50,014 nt of DNA. Origin: a virus. Lineage: Duplodnaviria; Caudoviricetes. The notes below the pieces were generated by a model, which saw only the letters and a program-made list of their open reading frames with translations, did no database searches and was not told the origin of the DNA. The stretch spans positions 1-50,014 of the IMG/VR virus record IMGVR_UViG_3300027834_000009; one strand, written 5' to 3'. The position numbers were made by a program, and so were the translations under genes. Positions within the stretch are counted from its first letter, which is position 1; the number at the start of each line of letters is the position of its first letter. Shown here piece by piece: positions 1 through 9,627 of the stretch.

Positions 1-63
1 TCTACCGTGGCGACAGTCCAGTCACCCGCGCATTGTGAACCGCCCCGAGAGGCGGTGTTGTGG

Positions 64-933
64 TTACTGTGGACCGTTTAGATAGTCTGGTGCTGGTGCT
101 ACTCCCGGCTGAGGATAGCCGCTTGGTGCCACTTGAGGTTGCACTGGCTGAGGATAGCCACCCGGTGCTACTTGAGGTGCTACTTGAGGTGCTACTTGAG
201 GTGCTACTTGAGGTGCTACTTGAGGTGCTGGTGCTACACCCGGTTGAGGATAGCCGCCAGGTGCTACTTGAGGTACTGGTGCTACACCCGGTTGAGGTGT
301 AGGTAATGGTAGTGGTGCAGCTGGTCCCACAGCTGGTGTAGGTAATGGTAATGGTGCACTTGTAGCTAATGGTGTAGCACTAACACCCGGTGGTAATGCT
401 ATAGGCTGGCTGAATACTTCCGCAGCATCTGGACCGCTGAGAATTTCCTCACCGTAACCTACCAGCAAGCCCATGCTTAAATTCACATAAATACTGGGAT
501 TGGCCAAATCGGTACCACACTTGATACTAATTTGCAGCTGGTAGTAGTAACCCTTTTTAGCCAAGTTAGGGTCTGAGATTACACTACGGGTTTGGTCATT
601 GTTGTGTACTGTAGGATTGAATCGAGCCTTAGTGTTAGCCTTAAGGATCATGTGGCCTGCGTAAGCTGCAAATTTACCCATGTGCTTTGGGTCATCGCAA
701 TCAATAAATTTCCATGCAAAGTCTGTGCGCTGGAATTCCCCATTAGGATATCCAGCTGCAGCGACTTGATACATTTGCGCATAAAGCTGGTCCCACTCAG
801 GACCCTTGGGGATTGCTAGTCCTGTGTATATTTCAGGCTCGGCTAGTGGTACATTTTGGTAGCCTTTGGTTTGATGTTCGAAAAAGCTACCTTGTACAAG
901 ACGGCCTACAGGTGTTAATAAAAATGTGCTCAT
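64..933 (-). CDS. Putative single-stranded DNA-binding protein (gp2.5/Enc34/DUF2815-like) with a Pro/Gln/Val-rich repetitive C-terminal tail
   Basis: The N-terminal TPVGRLVQGS...FAWKFIDCD...IYVNL...GYGEEI pattern resembles phage OB-fold SSBs. It lies downstream of a DUF2800-like nuclease, a typical arrangement. The C-terminal ~110 aa are low complexity. Confidence 0.6.
   Translation of the reverse strand: MSTFLLTPVGRLVQGSFFEHQTKGYQNVPLAEPEIYTGLAIPKGPEWDQLYAQMYQVAAAGYPNGEFQRTDFAWKFIDCDDPKHMGKFAAYAGHMILKANTKARFNPTVHNNDQTRSVISDPNLAKKGYYYQLQISIKCGTDLANPSIYVNLSMGLLVGYGEEILSGPDAAEVFSQPIALPPGVSATPLATSAPLPLPTPAVGPAAPLPLPTPQPGVAPVPQVAPGGYPQPGVAPAPQVAPQVAPQVAPQVAPQVAPGGYPQPVQPQVAPSGYPQPGVAPAPDYLNGPQ
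164..223. repeat. Perfect 12-bp tandem repeat (GGTGCTACTTGA x5) encoding QVAP units in the SSB tail
   Basis: Five consecutive identical units read directly. They are flanked by longer imperfect GGYPQPGVAP-coding duplications (about 90-300). Confidence 0.95.
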
Positions 934-2039
934 AATTTAAATACCTTTTGTGCTAGTTCTGAGGCATCGCCAGTTTTAAGTGATGATTTCCCCTGTGTTG
1001 ATGTGACGTATTGTTTTACTAAATCTTTTGGCATGCCTGCTAATTCGGCCTGATAAGGAGTAATTAGTTTTTCCTCTGATAATTTAATTCCTGTTAACAA
1101 CTCTAAAGTTTTCACCTCCTTTTCATCTGTCCAATCACGAGAGCCACGGCCAAAGCCTTTGTGATAACCTGGTACATGCTTTTGGTTCTCAATTCGCTCA
1201 AGTGCATCCTCTTTGAGCACTTCGAGCCTGTCATCAAGTAGCTTTTTGCTGCGCTCCATGATTGACAAGTAGATACCCAAGTCAGTTTCATTTAAGTCAG
1301 TTAATTGTGGCCTTTCAACAAAGTCAAGTATATGGTCAACTGCCTTCTGATTAGCTGGACAACGGACCATAACAGGACAATATCGGCAATGTTTACCAAC
1401 TCTTGTAACTGGGTTGGTAAATACTTCATTCGCACGAGCTTGCAACCTATGAAATGATTCAGAAAGGCCGCTAACATGCATTGTTTCCTCACGTATCGGA
1501 CCCAACCTATGCCACGCTCTAGGCTGTATAACACCTAAAGTCACACTTTTAACTGGCTTTCCTAGTTTTGTTACTAATTCATCCACTAACCCGTTGCCGT
1601 AGGTGTGCAGCTGGTCGTCAACTTCTCTAGCCAAAAACCCATGCTTATAGTCGAAAATATAAACATGCTGCATTGAGGGTATGTATAGAGCCCAATCTAG
1701 AGTACCCCAACATTCAATATGAATTCGAGTTTGAACCTTTCGCTCAATAAACTCTATCCCGTCTGGATGTCTAACCTTAAGCAGATTTATCCTATCGATG
1801 TAAACTCTAACCTTCGTGATCATTTCCTCGGTTACAATCACACCATTAGTCATAGGTGTTCCAGACGCTAATGGGGACCCTGTATTGATCCAATACTCTG
1901 CTAGTTCGTGCGCCGCTTCCCCAATTTTTGCGGCTTCCCCCTGTTTGTCAGGGAATAGTGCCGACAACGTTGGGTAGGCAGTACAACCGCCTTTTCCCCA
2001 AATTGATGCAGCACTTGGCGCTAGAATAGCATGAGACAT
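930..2039 (-). CDS. DUF2800 / Cas4-like PD-(D/E)XK nuclease
   Basis: HAILAPSAA N-terminus, GEAAHELAE, WGTLD...DYKHG catalytic core, QL..YG, and a C-terminal HCRYCP...CP cysteine cluster. Confidence 0.8.
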   Translation of the reverse strand: MSHAILAPSAASIWGKGGCTAYPTLSALFPDKQGEAAKIGEAAHELAEYWINTGSPLASGTPMTNGVIVTEEMITKVRVYIDRINLLKVRHPDGIEFIERKVQTRIHIECWGTLDWALYIPSMQHVYIFDYKHGFLAREVDDQLHTYGNGLVDELVTKLGKPVKSVTLGVIQPRAWHRLGPIREETMHVSGLSESFHRLQARANEVFTNPVTRVGKHCRYCPVMVRCPANQKAVDHILDFVERPQLTDLNETDLGIYLSIMERSKKLLDDRLEVLKEDALERIENQKHVPGYHKGFGRGSRDWTDEKEVKTLELLTGIKLSEEKLITPYQAELAGMPKDLVKQYVTSTQGKSSLKTGDASELAQKVFKL

Positions 2040-2944
2040 TATAGTAACCCTTGCGCTCTGAACGTTGCCCAGTTGAGAACAATAGTGTCTTTAACCTGTG
2101 GCTGCAATGTCAATAGTGCCTTGACCTTTTCCCACTGATTATAGAATGGCGCTACTAATTGCGGCTGAGAGTTCAACTCCATTGGGTTACCGACTCCTAA
2201 ATCATCACAAATATGCTGTGACACACCATTTGGTACAGTGCCTGAGGTGGTATCAGTTGCAATAGTTTTAAACAACTGTAAGTAAGTCATAGCTGCTGCG
2301 CTTTCTTGAGGTGTTGGTGTGGTGTTCACCTCGGGAATAGCTGCAGGTGTCACTTGGGGCACAGGAACTGTACTTTGTACTTCAGTTGGCTGAGGAATTG
2401 TAGGTGACATTGCTCTTGGGTCGTTACCAACTTCTTGAGGTCCGTAACCATTGGCGCGATCTTGAGCCTCAATTTGTTCAATCAATGCCTTATCAGTCTT
2501 TGGCTTGTACTTCCAACATCCCGCACGCTTACCGGTCGTACCCATTTTAGTTTTACCTTTGGTGTGAATTTCAAGGTGATGAGGATAGTTCTGGTCGTCA
2601 GTTTCCACGCCAGCAGCCACAGCCGTATTTGGTAAGGTACCATTCGTCGACTCGTCGATACTTGGGGCTGTTTCTACCACAGTTGGCGCAACGTTTCCCA
2701 CCGGTGGGAATGCTTCTTGCGCTAGTGCTTGTTTTTGCTGGTCGGTTAGCACTGGCGCAACGTCTTTGAATGCTTCTTGAGGGCTTGGCTTAGTTTCTAC
2801 AGATTGTACAATCGCGGTCTCGCCAGCCATCCCACCAATAGGTGTGACATCAGATAAGGTTGGCTGACCAGATACGGCGGATAGTACACGTTCTACGTCT
2901 ACTAACTCATCTATTAATGTGTCTAGTTCTATACTAATTTTCAT
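2039..2944 (-). CDS. Hypothetical Pro/Thr-rich protein of the replication module
   Basis: 301-aa ORF with a GAGGA RBS, coupled to the nuclease gene. No recognised domain. Confidence 0.7.
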   Translation of the reverse strand: MKISIELDTLIDELVDVERVLSAVSGQPTLSDVTPIGGMAGETAIVQSVETKPSPQEAFKDVAPVLTDQQKQALAQEAFPPVGNVAPTVVETAPSIDESTNGTLPNTAVAAGVETDDQNYPHHLEIHTKGKTKMGTTGKRAGCWKYKPKTDKALIEQIEAQDRANGYGPQEVGNDPRAMSPTIPQPTEVQSTVPVPQVTPAAIPEVNTTPTPQESAAAMTYLQLFKTIATDTTSGTVPNGVSQHICDDLGVGNPMELNSQPQLVAPFYNQWEKVKALLTLQPQVKDTIVLNWATFRAQGLL

Positions 2945-2978
2945 TTTTTACGTTTCCTCGTTTTGAATGAATTACTTG

Positions 2979-3019
2979 TTGACCCGATACACAATAATAG
3001 TTATTCTATTTCGCGTCAA
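2979..3019. promoter_or_regulatory. Overlapping divergent sigma70-type promoters
   Basis: Plus strand: TTGACC (2979-2984), 17 bp, TATTCT (3002-3007). Minus strand: TTGACG (3019-3014), 17 bp, TATTGT (2996-2991). Both lie between the divergent genes ending at 2944 (-) and starting at 3040 (+). Confidence 0.6.
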
Positions 3020-3039
3020 CAATAAATTCAAATTAATTC

Positions 3040-3249
3040 ATGCAAACAGTGCAGATAGACAAAGACTATTCAACTCGCGACGGGCGGACGGTGATAATAT
3101 CAAGAATCATTGATAATTCAACGTTTCCCTATCCTGTTGAAGGGTATATTTTACAAGGGGGTAAGCAAGTGGTCGAAGTGTGGAGCATTAAGGGTTTAAT
3201 TAATATCAATGGGTCTACTGATGATAGGGACCTTGTGGAATGTCTATAA
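3040..3249 (+). CDS. Hypothetical protein
   Basis: 69-aa ORF (YSTRDGRTV...YPVEG...DRDLVE) that overlaps the helicase start. Confidence 0.65.
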   Translation: MQTVQIDKDYSTRDGRTVIISRIIDNSTFPYPVEGYILQGGKQVVEVWSIKGLININGSTDDRDLVECL

Positions 3250-4904
3250 CGCTATACCCTCAGCAAAACAGACTTAGGGATGGTATCTATAACTCGTGGA
3301 ACTCGGGCAATCGCAATGCACTAGCCGTATTACCTACTGGTGGCGGAAAGACTGTATTACTCGCCCATATTATGCGTAATTGGAATGGGGCGAAATGTGC
3401 CATAGCTCACCGTCAAGAGTTAGTTGGTCAAATTTCTTTAGCTCTTGCACGAGAAGAAATTACACATCGCATCATTGCTGCTAAAAGTACTGTCAAAGAA
3501 ATAAGACGCCAACATCGTGTTGAGATTGGGCATTCACAATTTTATAATCCAAACGCACCCACAATGGTGGCGGGTGTCGACACTCTGATCCGCAAGAATG
3601 ATTTATTCGAGCAATTCAAACAAGTAACACTATGGATTCAAGACGAGGCACACCATGTATTGGCGAAAAATAAATGGGGAAAGGCCGCCGATTTATTTCC
3701 TAACGCTTTTGGACTAGGTGTGACAGCCACGCCAATAAGGGCCGACGGTGCGGGGCTTGGTCGCCATGCCGATGGCCTCTTTGATGATATGGTCGTCGGC
3801 GAGGATATGCGGTGGCATATTGATAACAACTACCTTACAGAATATACAATTTTTGTACCAGCAAGTAGCCAGATTGAAATTAATGAGAACGAGGTTGGCT
3901 ATGGGGTTAACGGTGACTTTAATCAAACTCGATTACGCAATGCATACGCGGAACAGCGTAGTCAAATTGTCGGTGACGTGGTAGGCGAGTATATTAGGCG
4001 AACGCCAGATAAACTTGGGGTTACTTTCACCACTGACGTGGAAACTGCCAAAGCGCTGGCCCAAGAGTATCGAGCTAAAGGTGTATCAGCTGAGGCATTA
4101 AGCGCTAAAACTTCAGATTCTATTCGTAACAACATGATCGCCAGATTTCGGCGTGGCGAGATTAAGCAGCTAGTCAATGTAGATCTGTTTGGTGAGGGCT
4201 TCGATTTGCCAGCACTGGAGGTAGTTTCTATGGCGAGACATACAGCAAGTTTCGCGGTTTATGCTCAGCAATTTGGGCGAGCTCTGAGAAAAATGGAAGG
4301 TAAAGACCGCGCTATCATCATTGACCATGTCAATAATGTTGCAAGGCACAACGGACCGCCTGATATTCCAAGGCTCTGGTCACTGGATAGGCGCGAGAAA
4401 CGAGGCAAGCGTGATGAGCCTGACGACGTTATTCCGTACACCTCGTGCGCTGAGTGTTCCCAACCATATCCACAAACTGAAAAAATTTGTCCGTGGTGTG
4501 GCCATTACAGCCCCCCTGCCGCACGTTCCGGTCCTGAGTATGTAGCGGGTGACTTGACCGAGTTATCAGCTGAGGCGCTTAAAAAGATGCGTCATGATGC
4601 GGCTATGTCCTTTATGGGAAGTGAACAGAAATATAACAACATGATTGGTGGCGGATATAGCGACCAGGTTGCTCAAGCTCAGGCAGCCATAGCCCGTGAC
4701 CGTAAAACCTCTCAGGAAAATCTACGAGATGCATTGTCATGGTATGGCGGCATGAGTCGGGCAGCTGGTATACCAGATAGTGAAAGTTACCGCCGTTTTT
4801 ATTTTAGATTCGGTATCGATATTCTAGGCGCCCAAGCACTCAAGAAGGGCGACGCTAAAAAATTAGAAGATAAAGTTAGAGGTTATTTACCATGTATAAA
4901 GTAA
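3240..4904 (+). CDS. Superfamily 2 (DEAH) DNA helicase with C-terminal zinc finger
   Basis: Motif I PTGGGKT, motif II DEAHH, motif III TAT, motif V LFGEGFD, motif VI QQFGRALR, and CAEC...CPWC. Confidence 0.92.
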   Translation: MSITLYPQQNRLRDGIYNSWNSGNRNALAVLPTGGGKTVLLAHIMRNWNGAKCAIAHRQELVGQISLALAREEITHRIIAAKSTVKEIRRQHRVEIGHSQFYNPNAPTMVAGVDTLIRKNDLFEQFKQVTLWIQDEAHHVLAKNKWGKAADLFPNAFGLGVTATPIRADGAGLGRHADGLFDDMVVGEDMRWHIDNNYLTEYTIFVPASSQIEINENEVGYGVNGDFNQTRLRNAYAEQRSQIVGDVVGEYIRRTPDKLGVTFTTDVETAKALAQEYRAKGVSAEALSAKTSDSIRNNMIARFRRGEIKQLVNVDLFGEGFDLPALEVVSMARHTASFAVYAQQFGRALRKMEGKDRAIIIDHVNNVARHNGPPDIPRLWSLDRREKRGKRDEPDDVIPYTSCAECSQPYPQTEKICPWCGHYSPPAARSGPEYVAGDLTELSAEALKKMRHDAAMSFMGSEQKYNNMIGGGYSDQVAQAQAAIARDRKTSQENLRDALSWYGGMSRAAGIPDSESYRRFYFRFGIDILGAQALKKGDAKKLEDKVRGYLPCIK

Positions 4905-5623
4905 TACAAGGGGATTGTCACAGATTACTGGCATCAATACCTGATAGTTCAATTGACATGGTGCTGACCGATCCGCCCTATGGTACCACCCAATGCGCTT
5001 GGGATAGTGTGTTGGATTTTGACATTATATGGCCTGAACTAATTAGAGTAACTAAACCCAATGCAGCAACACTGCTGATGGCACAGACGCCGTATGATAA
5101 AGTTTTAGGCTGTACTAATTTAAAAATGCTGCGGTACGAGTGGATCTGGGAGAAAACTGCAGCAACTGGATTTTTGAATGCTAAAAAAATGCCCCTTAAG
5201 GCGCATGAAAATATATTAGTTTTTTACAAATCGCTGCCAAGTTTCAATCCGGTAATGACTCGTAGTCACTCTAGGAAAACAGCAAGCAGAAAGACTGTCA
5301 CATCAGAATGCTACGGTAAAGCAATAGAATTGGTAAATTATGATTCTACATCCCGATACCCTCGTAGTGTTCAAATTTTTAATAAGGATAAACAACGTAG
5401 TACCTTACACCCCACTCAGAAGCCCGTAGCTCTTATGGAATATTTAATAAAAACTTACAGCAATGAAGGTGACACGGTGCTTGATTTCACCATGGGTAGC
5501 GGCTCAACTGGTGTGGCAGCCATTAAGAATAAGCGTAATTTTGCAGGCATTGAGCTTGATAAAAGCTACCATAATGCGGCCGAAAATCGAATATTAGAAA
5601 CTATTTGTGAGTATATATTATGA
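4892..5623 (+). CDS. Orphan DNA methyltransferase (N4-cytosine/N6-adenine, beta class)
   Basis: DPPY catalytic motif, then HPTQKP, then the SAM-binding LDFTMGSGSTG. No neighbouring restriction enzyme. Confidence 0.93.
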   Translation: MYKVIQGDCHRLLASIPDSSIDMVLTDPPYGTTQCAWDSVLDFDIIWPELIRVTKPNAATLLMAQTPYDKVLGCTNLKMLRYEWIWEKTAATGFLNAKKMPLKAHENILVFYKSLPSFNPVMTRSHSRKTASRKTVTSECYGKAIELVNYDSTSRYPRSVQIFNKDKQRSTLHPTQKPVALMEYLIKTYSNEGDTVLDFTMGSGSTGVAAIKNKRNFAGIELDKSYHNAAENRILETICEYIL

Positions 5624-6108
5624 CATTCCAACAATGGCAGATCAGGCATGGTGTCAGTGACCAAGCAATGTATGAGTTAGAGCAAATGCTACTCGAACCG
5701 TCAAAGACCACGGGTGACGTAGTGGGCAGTAGTGAGGCTGGTTCACAGCAAAGGATTAGAGCTGCTGCACCGCATCAATGCGGCATACTTTGGCGTAATA
5801 ATGTTGGGGCTTTTGCCGATGAGCGCGGTGTGTGGGTTCGGTATGGTATTTGTAATGATTCTAAGAAAGTCAATGATAAAATTAAGTCGTCAGATTTGAT
5901 AGGTAGCACTAAGATCAGTTATCATGGTCGGCACTTTGGAGTATTTACAGCAATTGAATGCAAAAAACCGGGTTGGAAATTTACCGGTTCTATCCGGGAG
6001 AATGCACAGTTAAAATTTCACAATATTGTCAGGTCTAATGGGGGGATCGCGGGTTTTGCTACCTCTGTAAATGACTACCAACAGATCATTCAGGAGTACA
6101 TAACGTGA
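5620..6108 (+). CDS. VRR-NUC family nuclease
   Basis: SE...Q, LWRNNVG, SSDLIG, AIECK, and Q..F......GG.AG motifs. Confidence 0.8.
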   Translation: MTFQQWQIRHGVSDQAMYELEQMLLEPSKTTGDVVGSSEAGSQQRIRAAAPHQCGILWRNNVGAFADERGVWVRYGICNDSKKVNDKIKSSDLIGSTKISYHGRHFGVFTAIECKKPGWKFTGSIRENAQLKFHNIVRSNGGIAGFATSVNDYQQIIQEYIT

Positions 6109-6404
6109 GATTAAAACCAGATGACCGACGGCAATTTATTTTAGAAGCTGCAACAGAAGAAGCAAAAATTGCAGGTTGGCAATTTATCGAACGTGAGGCC
6201 GTCGCTAATAGGGCTCAGTGCACACCTACTCTGATAAATCACTATTTCAAAAATATGAAAAGTCTCAAAAGCGATGTCATGCAATACTCTGTTGATATGG
6301 GTATTCCTGAAGTTATCGCACACGGTTTAGTTATGGGGGATGCTGTCGCACTGTCGGCAAGCAAGGAGTTAAAACAACGGGCGAAAGCCTTAATAATGGG
6401 TTGA
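6105..6404 (+). CDS. TetR-like helix-turn-helix protein
   Basis: RRQFILEAATEEAKIAGW...VANRAQCTPTLINHYFKNMKSL matches the TetR N-terminal HTH pattern. There is no full ligand-binding domain. Confidence 0.7.
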   Translation: MRLKPDDRRQFILEAATEEAKIAGWQFIEREAVANRAQCTPTLINHYFKNMKSLKSDVMQYSVDMGIPEVIAHGLVMGDAVALSASKELKQRAKALIMG

Positions 6405-8743
6405 AGTATATGTCATTGTCTGCAAGTTTAAAGGCTTTAGAGCCTTATAAACAATTTATACTATGGAAGAAAGTTCCTGCACAAAATGGAAAAGTCGATA
6501 AGTTACCAGTTAATGGTAGGGGTGAAGTAGCTAGCGCACAAGATCCCACAATATGGTTACACTATGGTGAGGCGTTATCATTATCTCAAGTATTTGGGCT
6601 AGAGGTTGGTTTTGTTTTTACACATCATGACCCTTTCTTTTTCATTGATGTTGATAATTGTGTAACACCTGATAGCCAGTGGACGCCTGAGGCTTGTGAT
6701 TTAATGACCAGGTTTAATGGTGCAGCTGTCGAAGTTAGTCAAAGTGGTCGCGGTCTCCATATTATTGGTACAGGTTCTGTATCTGAAGAAAGAAAGAAGA
6801 AAAGCGCTCACTTTGACCTGTACACCAGCGGTCGATTTATTGCGCTCACTGATAATGGTACTGTCGGGGATGCAGCCACACAGCATCAACCAGCCCTAGA
6901 AAAATTGGTTGTGGATTTTCTCGCCAAGTCTACAAGTGGTAAAACTGAGTGGTCCACAGAAAAACACCCCGATTGTACGGCGCCGGATAGTGACGAGGAA
7001 TTAATAACACTTATTCGTAACTCCAAATCAGCAAAAGACGCTTTCGATCCTGAGGGTAAAAACAAGTTCGATGCACTTTACAATGCGGATCATGACTACT
7101 TAGTAGAAAATTATCCACACGACCAAAAAGAAGGTGAGTTTGACCATAGCTCAGCCGACGCAGCTATGTGCTCAATTTTGGCATTTTGGACTGGGGGCGA
7201 TTGTAACCGAATAGACCGAATTTTTAGACAATCCGCTTTGTATCGAGATAAATGGGAAAATAGACCTGATTACAGATTCAATACAGTTGTCGGTTCGGTG
7301 GCCCAGTGTAAAAACTTTTATACCGGTGGCGCTAAGATTCACGCTGTTGTTAATAAAGTTTTAGCCCAGACTAGTGGTTATGAGGGTAGAGACTATTCCA
7401 ATCAATTCGTGAATTGTGACCAGCAAATGCAATTTTTCAAAGGCTGTACATACCTACCAATTTTAAACAGAGTACTTACTCCTCGCGGGATTTTACTGAA
7501 ACCCGATAGTTTCAAAGGTGAGTATGGCGGCCATATTTTTTATATTGACCCAGACGGTGAGAAAACAACGGTAAACGCGTTTGAAGCTTTCACACTGAAT
7601 CAAGGCTACAAACCACCAAAAGCTGATAAACTCTGCTTTAGGCCCAAGCTAGCACCAAATACAATCGTTGATGAGGGTGGTGAACGATTAATCAATTCTT
7701 ACTACCCAATAGATACACCGAAAACTAAAGGCGATATAGGGCCATTTTTAGACCTTGTAGCCCGAATGCTACCGGACGCTACCGACCAGCAAATATTGGT
7801 CTCTTATATGGCCTCTATGGTACAGAATATTGGAACAAAATTTCAATACGCTGTGTTGCTCCAGGGTACTGAGGGTAACGGTAAAAGTATGATGATTAGA
7901 ATGCTTGATAAATGTATCGGTCGTCGCTATTCATTCATGCCGAACGCTAAGCAACTCGATAAAAACTTTAACTCTTGGATGAGTGAAAAATTGTTCATTG
8001 GTGTTGAGGAAATAAAAGTAAGTCATAGCAGATTAGACATGTTGGAAGCTCTCAAACCTATGATCACCAATGAGAGTATTGAGGTTGAATCAAAAGGTGT
8101 AGACCAAGTAATGATGGATAACTACGCCAATTTCTTTATGTGTTCTAATTACAAAGACGCTATTCCTATTACTGTCGATACTCGCCGCTATTGCATTCTA
8201 TACTCTGGTCAACAGTGTAAGAACGACAAGATCAGAGATGGACTAACCAATCAGTACTTGAGCCAATTTTTTAAATGGCTTGAATTTGATAACGGATTTG
8301 CGATTGTACATGATTTTCTATTTAATTTTAAAATACCGGAAATTTACGATCCCTCCACAGGGATTGAAGCGCCAACTACTAGTAGTAGTACCGAGGCTGT
8401 GGCTATGAGTTTAGGGCCGATAGAGCAAGAAATATTCGCAGCAATTGAAGAAGGTAGACCCGGTTTCAAATACGGTTGGATATCATCAATAGCACTTAAA
8501 ACCCTAATCGATAATATGAGGGGCTATACTCCACCTCGTAACAAATGGGCGGAAATTGTTAGCCGTATTGGATACGTTCATCATCCTGCGCTTACTAAAG
8601 GTATCCCTAACCGGCCGGTCATCACTGCAACTGATGCGGGACGAAGACCATCATTATATTGTAATTCTGATATTGTGGATCGTACTAATGGTATGTCTCA
8701 AGAGGATATAACGAGTTACTACGAACAGTGTCAGATTAGCTAA
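6401..8743 (+). CDS. NrS-1-type primase-polymerase fused to an SF3 (DUF5906-like) helicase
   Basis: Prim-pol motifs FIDVD, EVSQSGRGLH and LYTSGRF. Helix-bundle segment DHSSAD.A.C..LAFWTGGD...RIFRQS.LYRDKW. Walker A GTEGNGKS, Walker B IGVEE, and sensor SNY...RRY. The start may be the ATG at 6410. Confidence 0.88.
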   Translation: MKYMSLSASLKALEPYKQFILWKKVPAQNGKVDKLPVNGRGEVASAQDPTIWLHYGEALSLSQVFGLEVGFVFTHHDPFFFIDVDNCVTPDSQWTPEACDLMTRFNGAAVEVSQSGRGLHIIGTGSVSEERKKKSAHFDLYTSGRFIALTDNGTVGDAATQHQPALEKLVVDFLAKSTSGKTEWSTEKHPDCTAPDSDEELITLIRNSKSAKDAFDPEGKNKFDALYNADHDYLVENYPHDQKEGEFDHSSADAAMCSILAFWTGGDCNRIDRIFRQSALYRDKWENRPDYRFNTVVGSVAQCKNFYTGGAKIHAVVNKVLAQTSGYEGRDYSNQFVNCDQQMQFFKGCTYLPILNRVLTPRGILLKPDSFKGEYGGHIFYIDPDGEKTTVNAFEAFTLNQGYKPPKADKLCFRPKLAPNTIVDEGGERLINSYYPIDTPKTKGDIGPFLDLVARMLPDATDQQILVSYMASMVQNIGTKFQYAVLLQGTEGNGKSMMIRMLDKCIGRRYSFMPNAKQLDKNFNSWMSEKLFIGVEEIKVSHSRLDMLEALKPMITNESIEVESKGVDQVMMDNYANFFMCSNYKDAIPITVDTRRYCILYSGQQCKNDKIRDGLTNQYLSQFFKWLEFDNGFAIVHDFLFNFKIPEIYDPSTGIEAPTTSSSTEAVAMSLGPIEQEIFAAIEEGRPGFKYGWISSIALKTLIDNMRGYTPPRNKWAEIVSRIGYVHHPALTKGIPNRPVITATDAGRRPSLYCNSDIVDRTNGMSQEDITSYYEQCQIS

Positions 8744-8772
8744 AAAAAAAGCCTCAATAAAGAGGCTCTTCT
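8742..8772. terminator. Intrinsic terminator between converging replication and accessory operons
   Basis: A9-GCCTC-AATAAA-GAGGC-TCTTCT. This gives a hairpin with a T9 tail on the minus strand and a weaker pyrimidine tail on the plus strand. Confidence 0.8.
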
Positions 8773-8848
8773 AACGTCACTGTCTTTGGGTATGGGGGAA
8801 ACCAAAACTAAAGAAGTTAACAACTTCATTGTATCAGCACTTACCCCC

Positions 8849-9019
8849 TTACACAATACCTAAGTCTTTCCTGATTAATTCAATCCTCATAGCATTGTAC
8901 TGCCATTTATCCAAACATTTAGGCGGGTTCTTATCATTCTTACCCCACTGAAAGCCACAACGATTGCAAGTGTGACTACCATCGCTCTCGGTTCTGGATT
9001 TACAGTTTTGAGTGGTCAC
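8849..9019 (-). CDS. Small Cys-containing hypothetical protein (56 aa, not in ORF track)
   Basis: GTG start after GAGGA. Manual translation: MTTQNCKSRTESDGSHTCNRCGFQWGKNDKNPPKCLDKWQYNAMRIELIRKDLGIV. Confidence 0.55.
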   Translation of the reverse strand: MTTQNCKSRTESDGSHTCNRCGFQWGKNDKNPPKCLDKWQYNAMRIELIRKDLGIV

Positions 9020-9455
9020 GGGCTAAGTCCTCTAGTTCCTTAAGCCATTCCGGTTCAATAAGTCTACCAGCATCAATGTAGCTTTGGATCTCGTCCAGTA
9101 GTGACATGCAACGTTTATGGACGTGCTGCTTGCGAGATGGTAATTGTGATGGAGTAGGTATAGGTGATGGTACTCCGGGTGGTGCGGGTGGTGGTCCTGG
9201 TAATATCACTGGGTGACTTGGTATATCGATCATTAAGATGTTCGGCGCGTGCTGCCATTTGTCTAAGTCCTTATTAAATATTACTTCTAGATTACATGTC
9301 TCACAATACTGTGGTGGCACTGGTGGTGTTGGTGCTACGGCAATATGGTCATATGTAAACGGGCCGTCGTTACTGTGGGTCCACATTTTAGCATCAGGCC
9401 CACGAGCGTAATCGTTTATTAGCTCGATTGGTTCGTTACATTGTTTACATCTCAT
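9000..9455 (-). CDS. Hypothetical protein with two CxxC...W-x-H units and Pro-rich linkers
   Basis: CKQC...WTH and CETC...WQH internal repeat, plus a PPPAPPG tract. Confidence 0.65.
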   Translation of the reverse strand: MRCKQCNEPIELINDYARGPDAKMWTHSNDGPFTYDHIAVAPTPPVPPQYCETCNLEVIFNKDLDKWQHAPNILMIDIPSHPVILPGPPPAPPGVPSPIPTPSQLPSRKQHVHKRCMSLLDEIQSYIDAGRLIEPEWLKELEDLARDHSKL

Positions 9456-9627
9456 CGCTTTGGTCCTCTAATATTTTAATAATGTTACACGTGAGAAGCG
9501 CGAAAACTAGCGCCCATATATCTATAAAATTTACTATTAGTTGCGTTTCGGTCATTTCTGGATTGCTAAACCTGAGGTAAAAGATGGCAATCACCATGAC
9601 TATCAATGACAAGATGTTAAGTTTCAT
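9445..9627 (-). CDS. Small membrane protein
   Basis: 60 aa with two hydrophobic segments, coupled to both neighbours. Confidence 0.6.
   Translation of the reverse strand: MKLNILSLIVMVIAIFYLRFSNPEMTETQLIVNFIDIWALVFALLTCNIIKILEDQSDEM

Noticed and set aside
39-57. Hairpin ACCGCC-CCGAGA-GGCGGT after the SSB gene
   Set aside because: It has no clear U-tract on the coding strand and its context is cut by the window edge, so it is not called as a terminator.
60-302. Plus-strand ORF with LLEV repeats
   Set aside because: It is the antisense shadow of the 12-bp repeat within the SSB-like gene.
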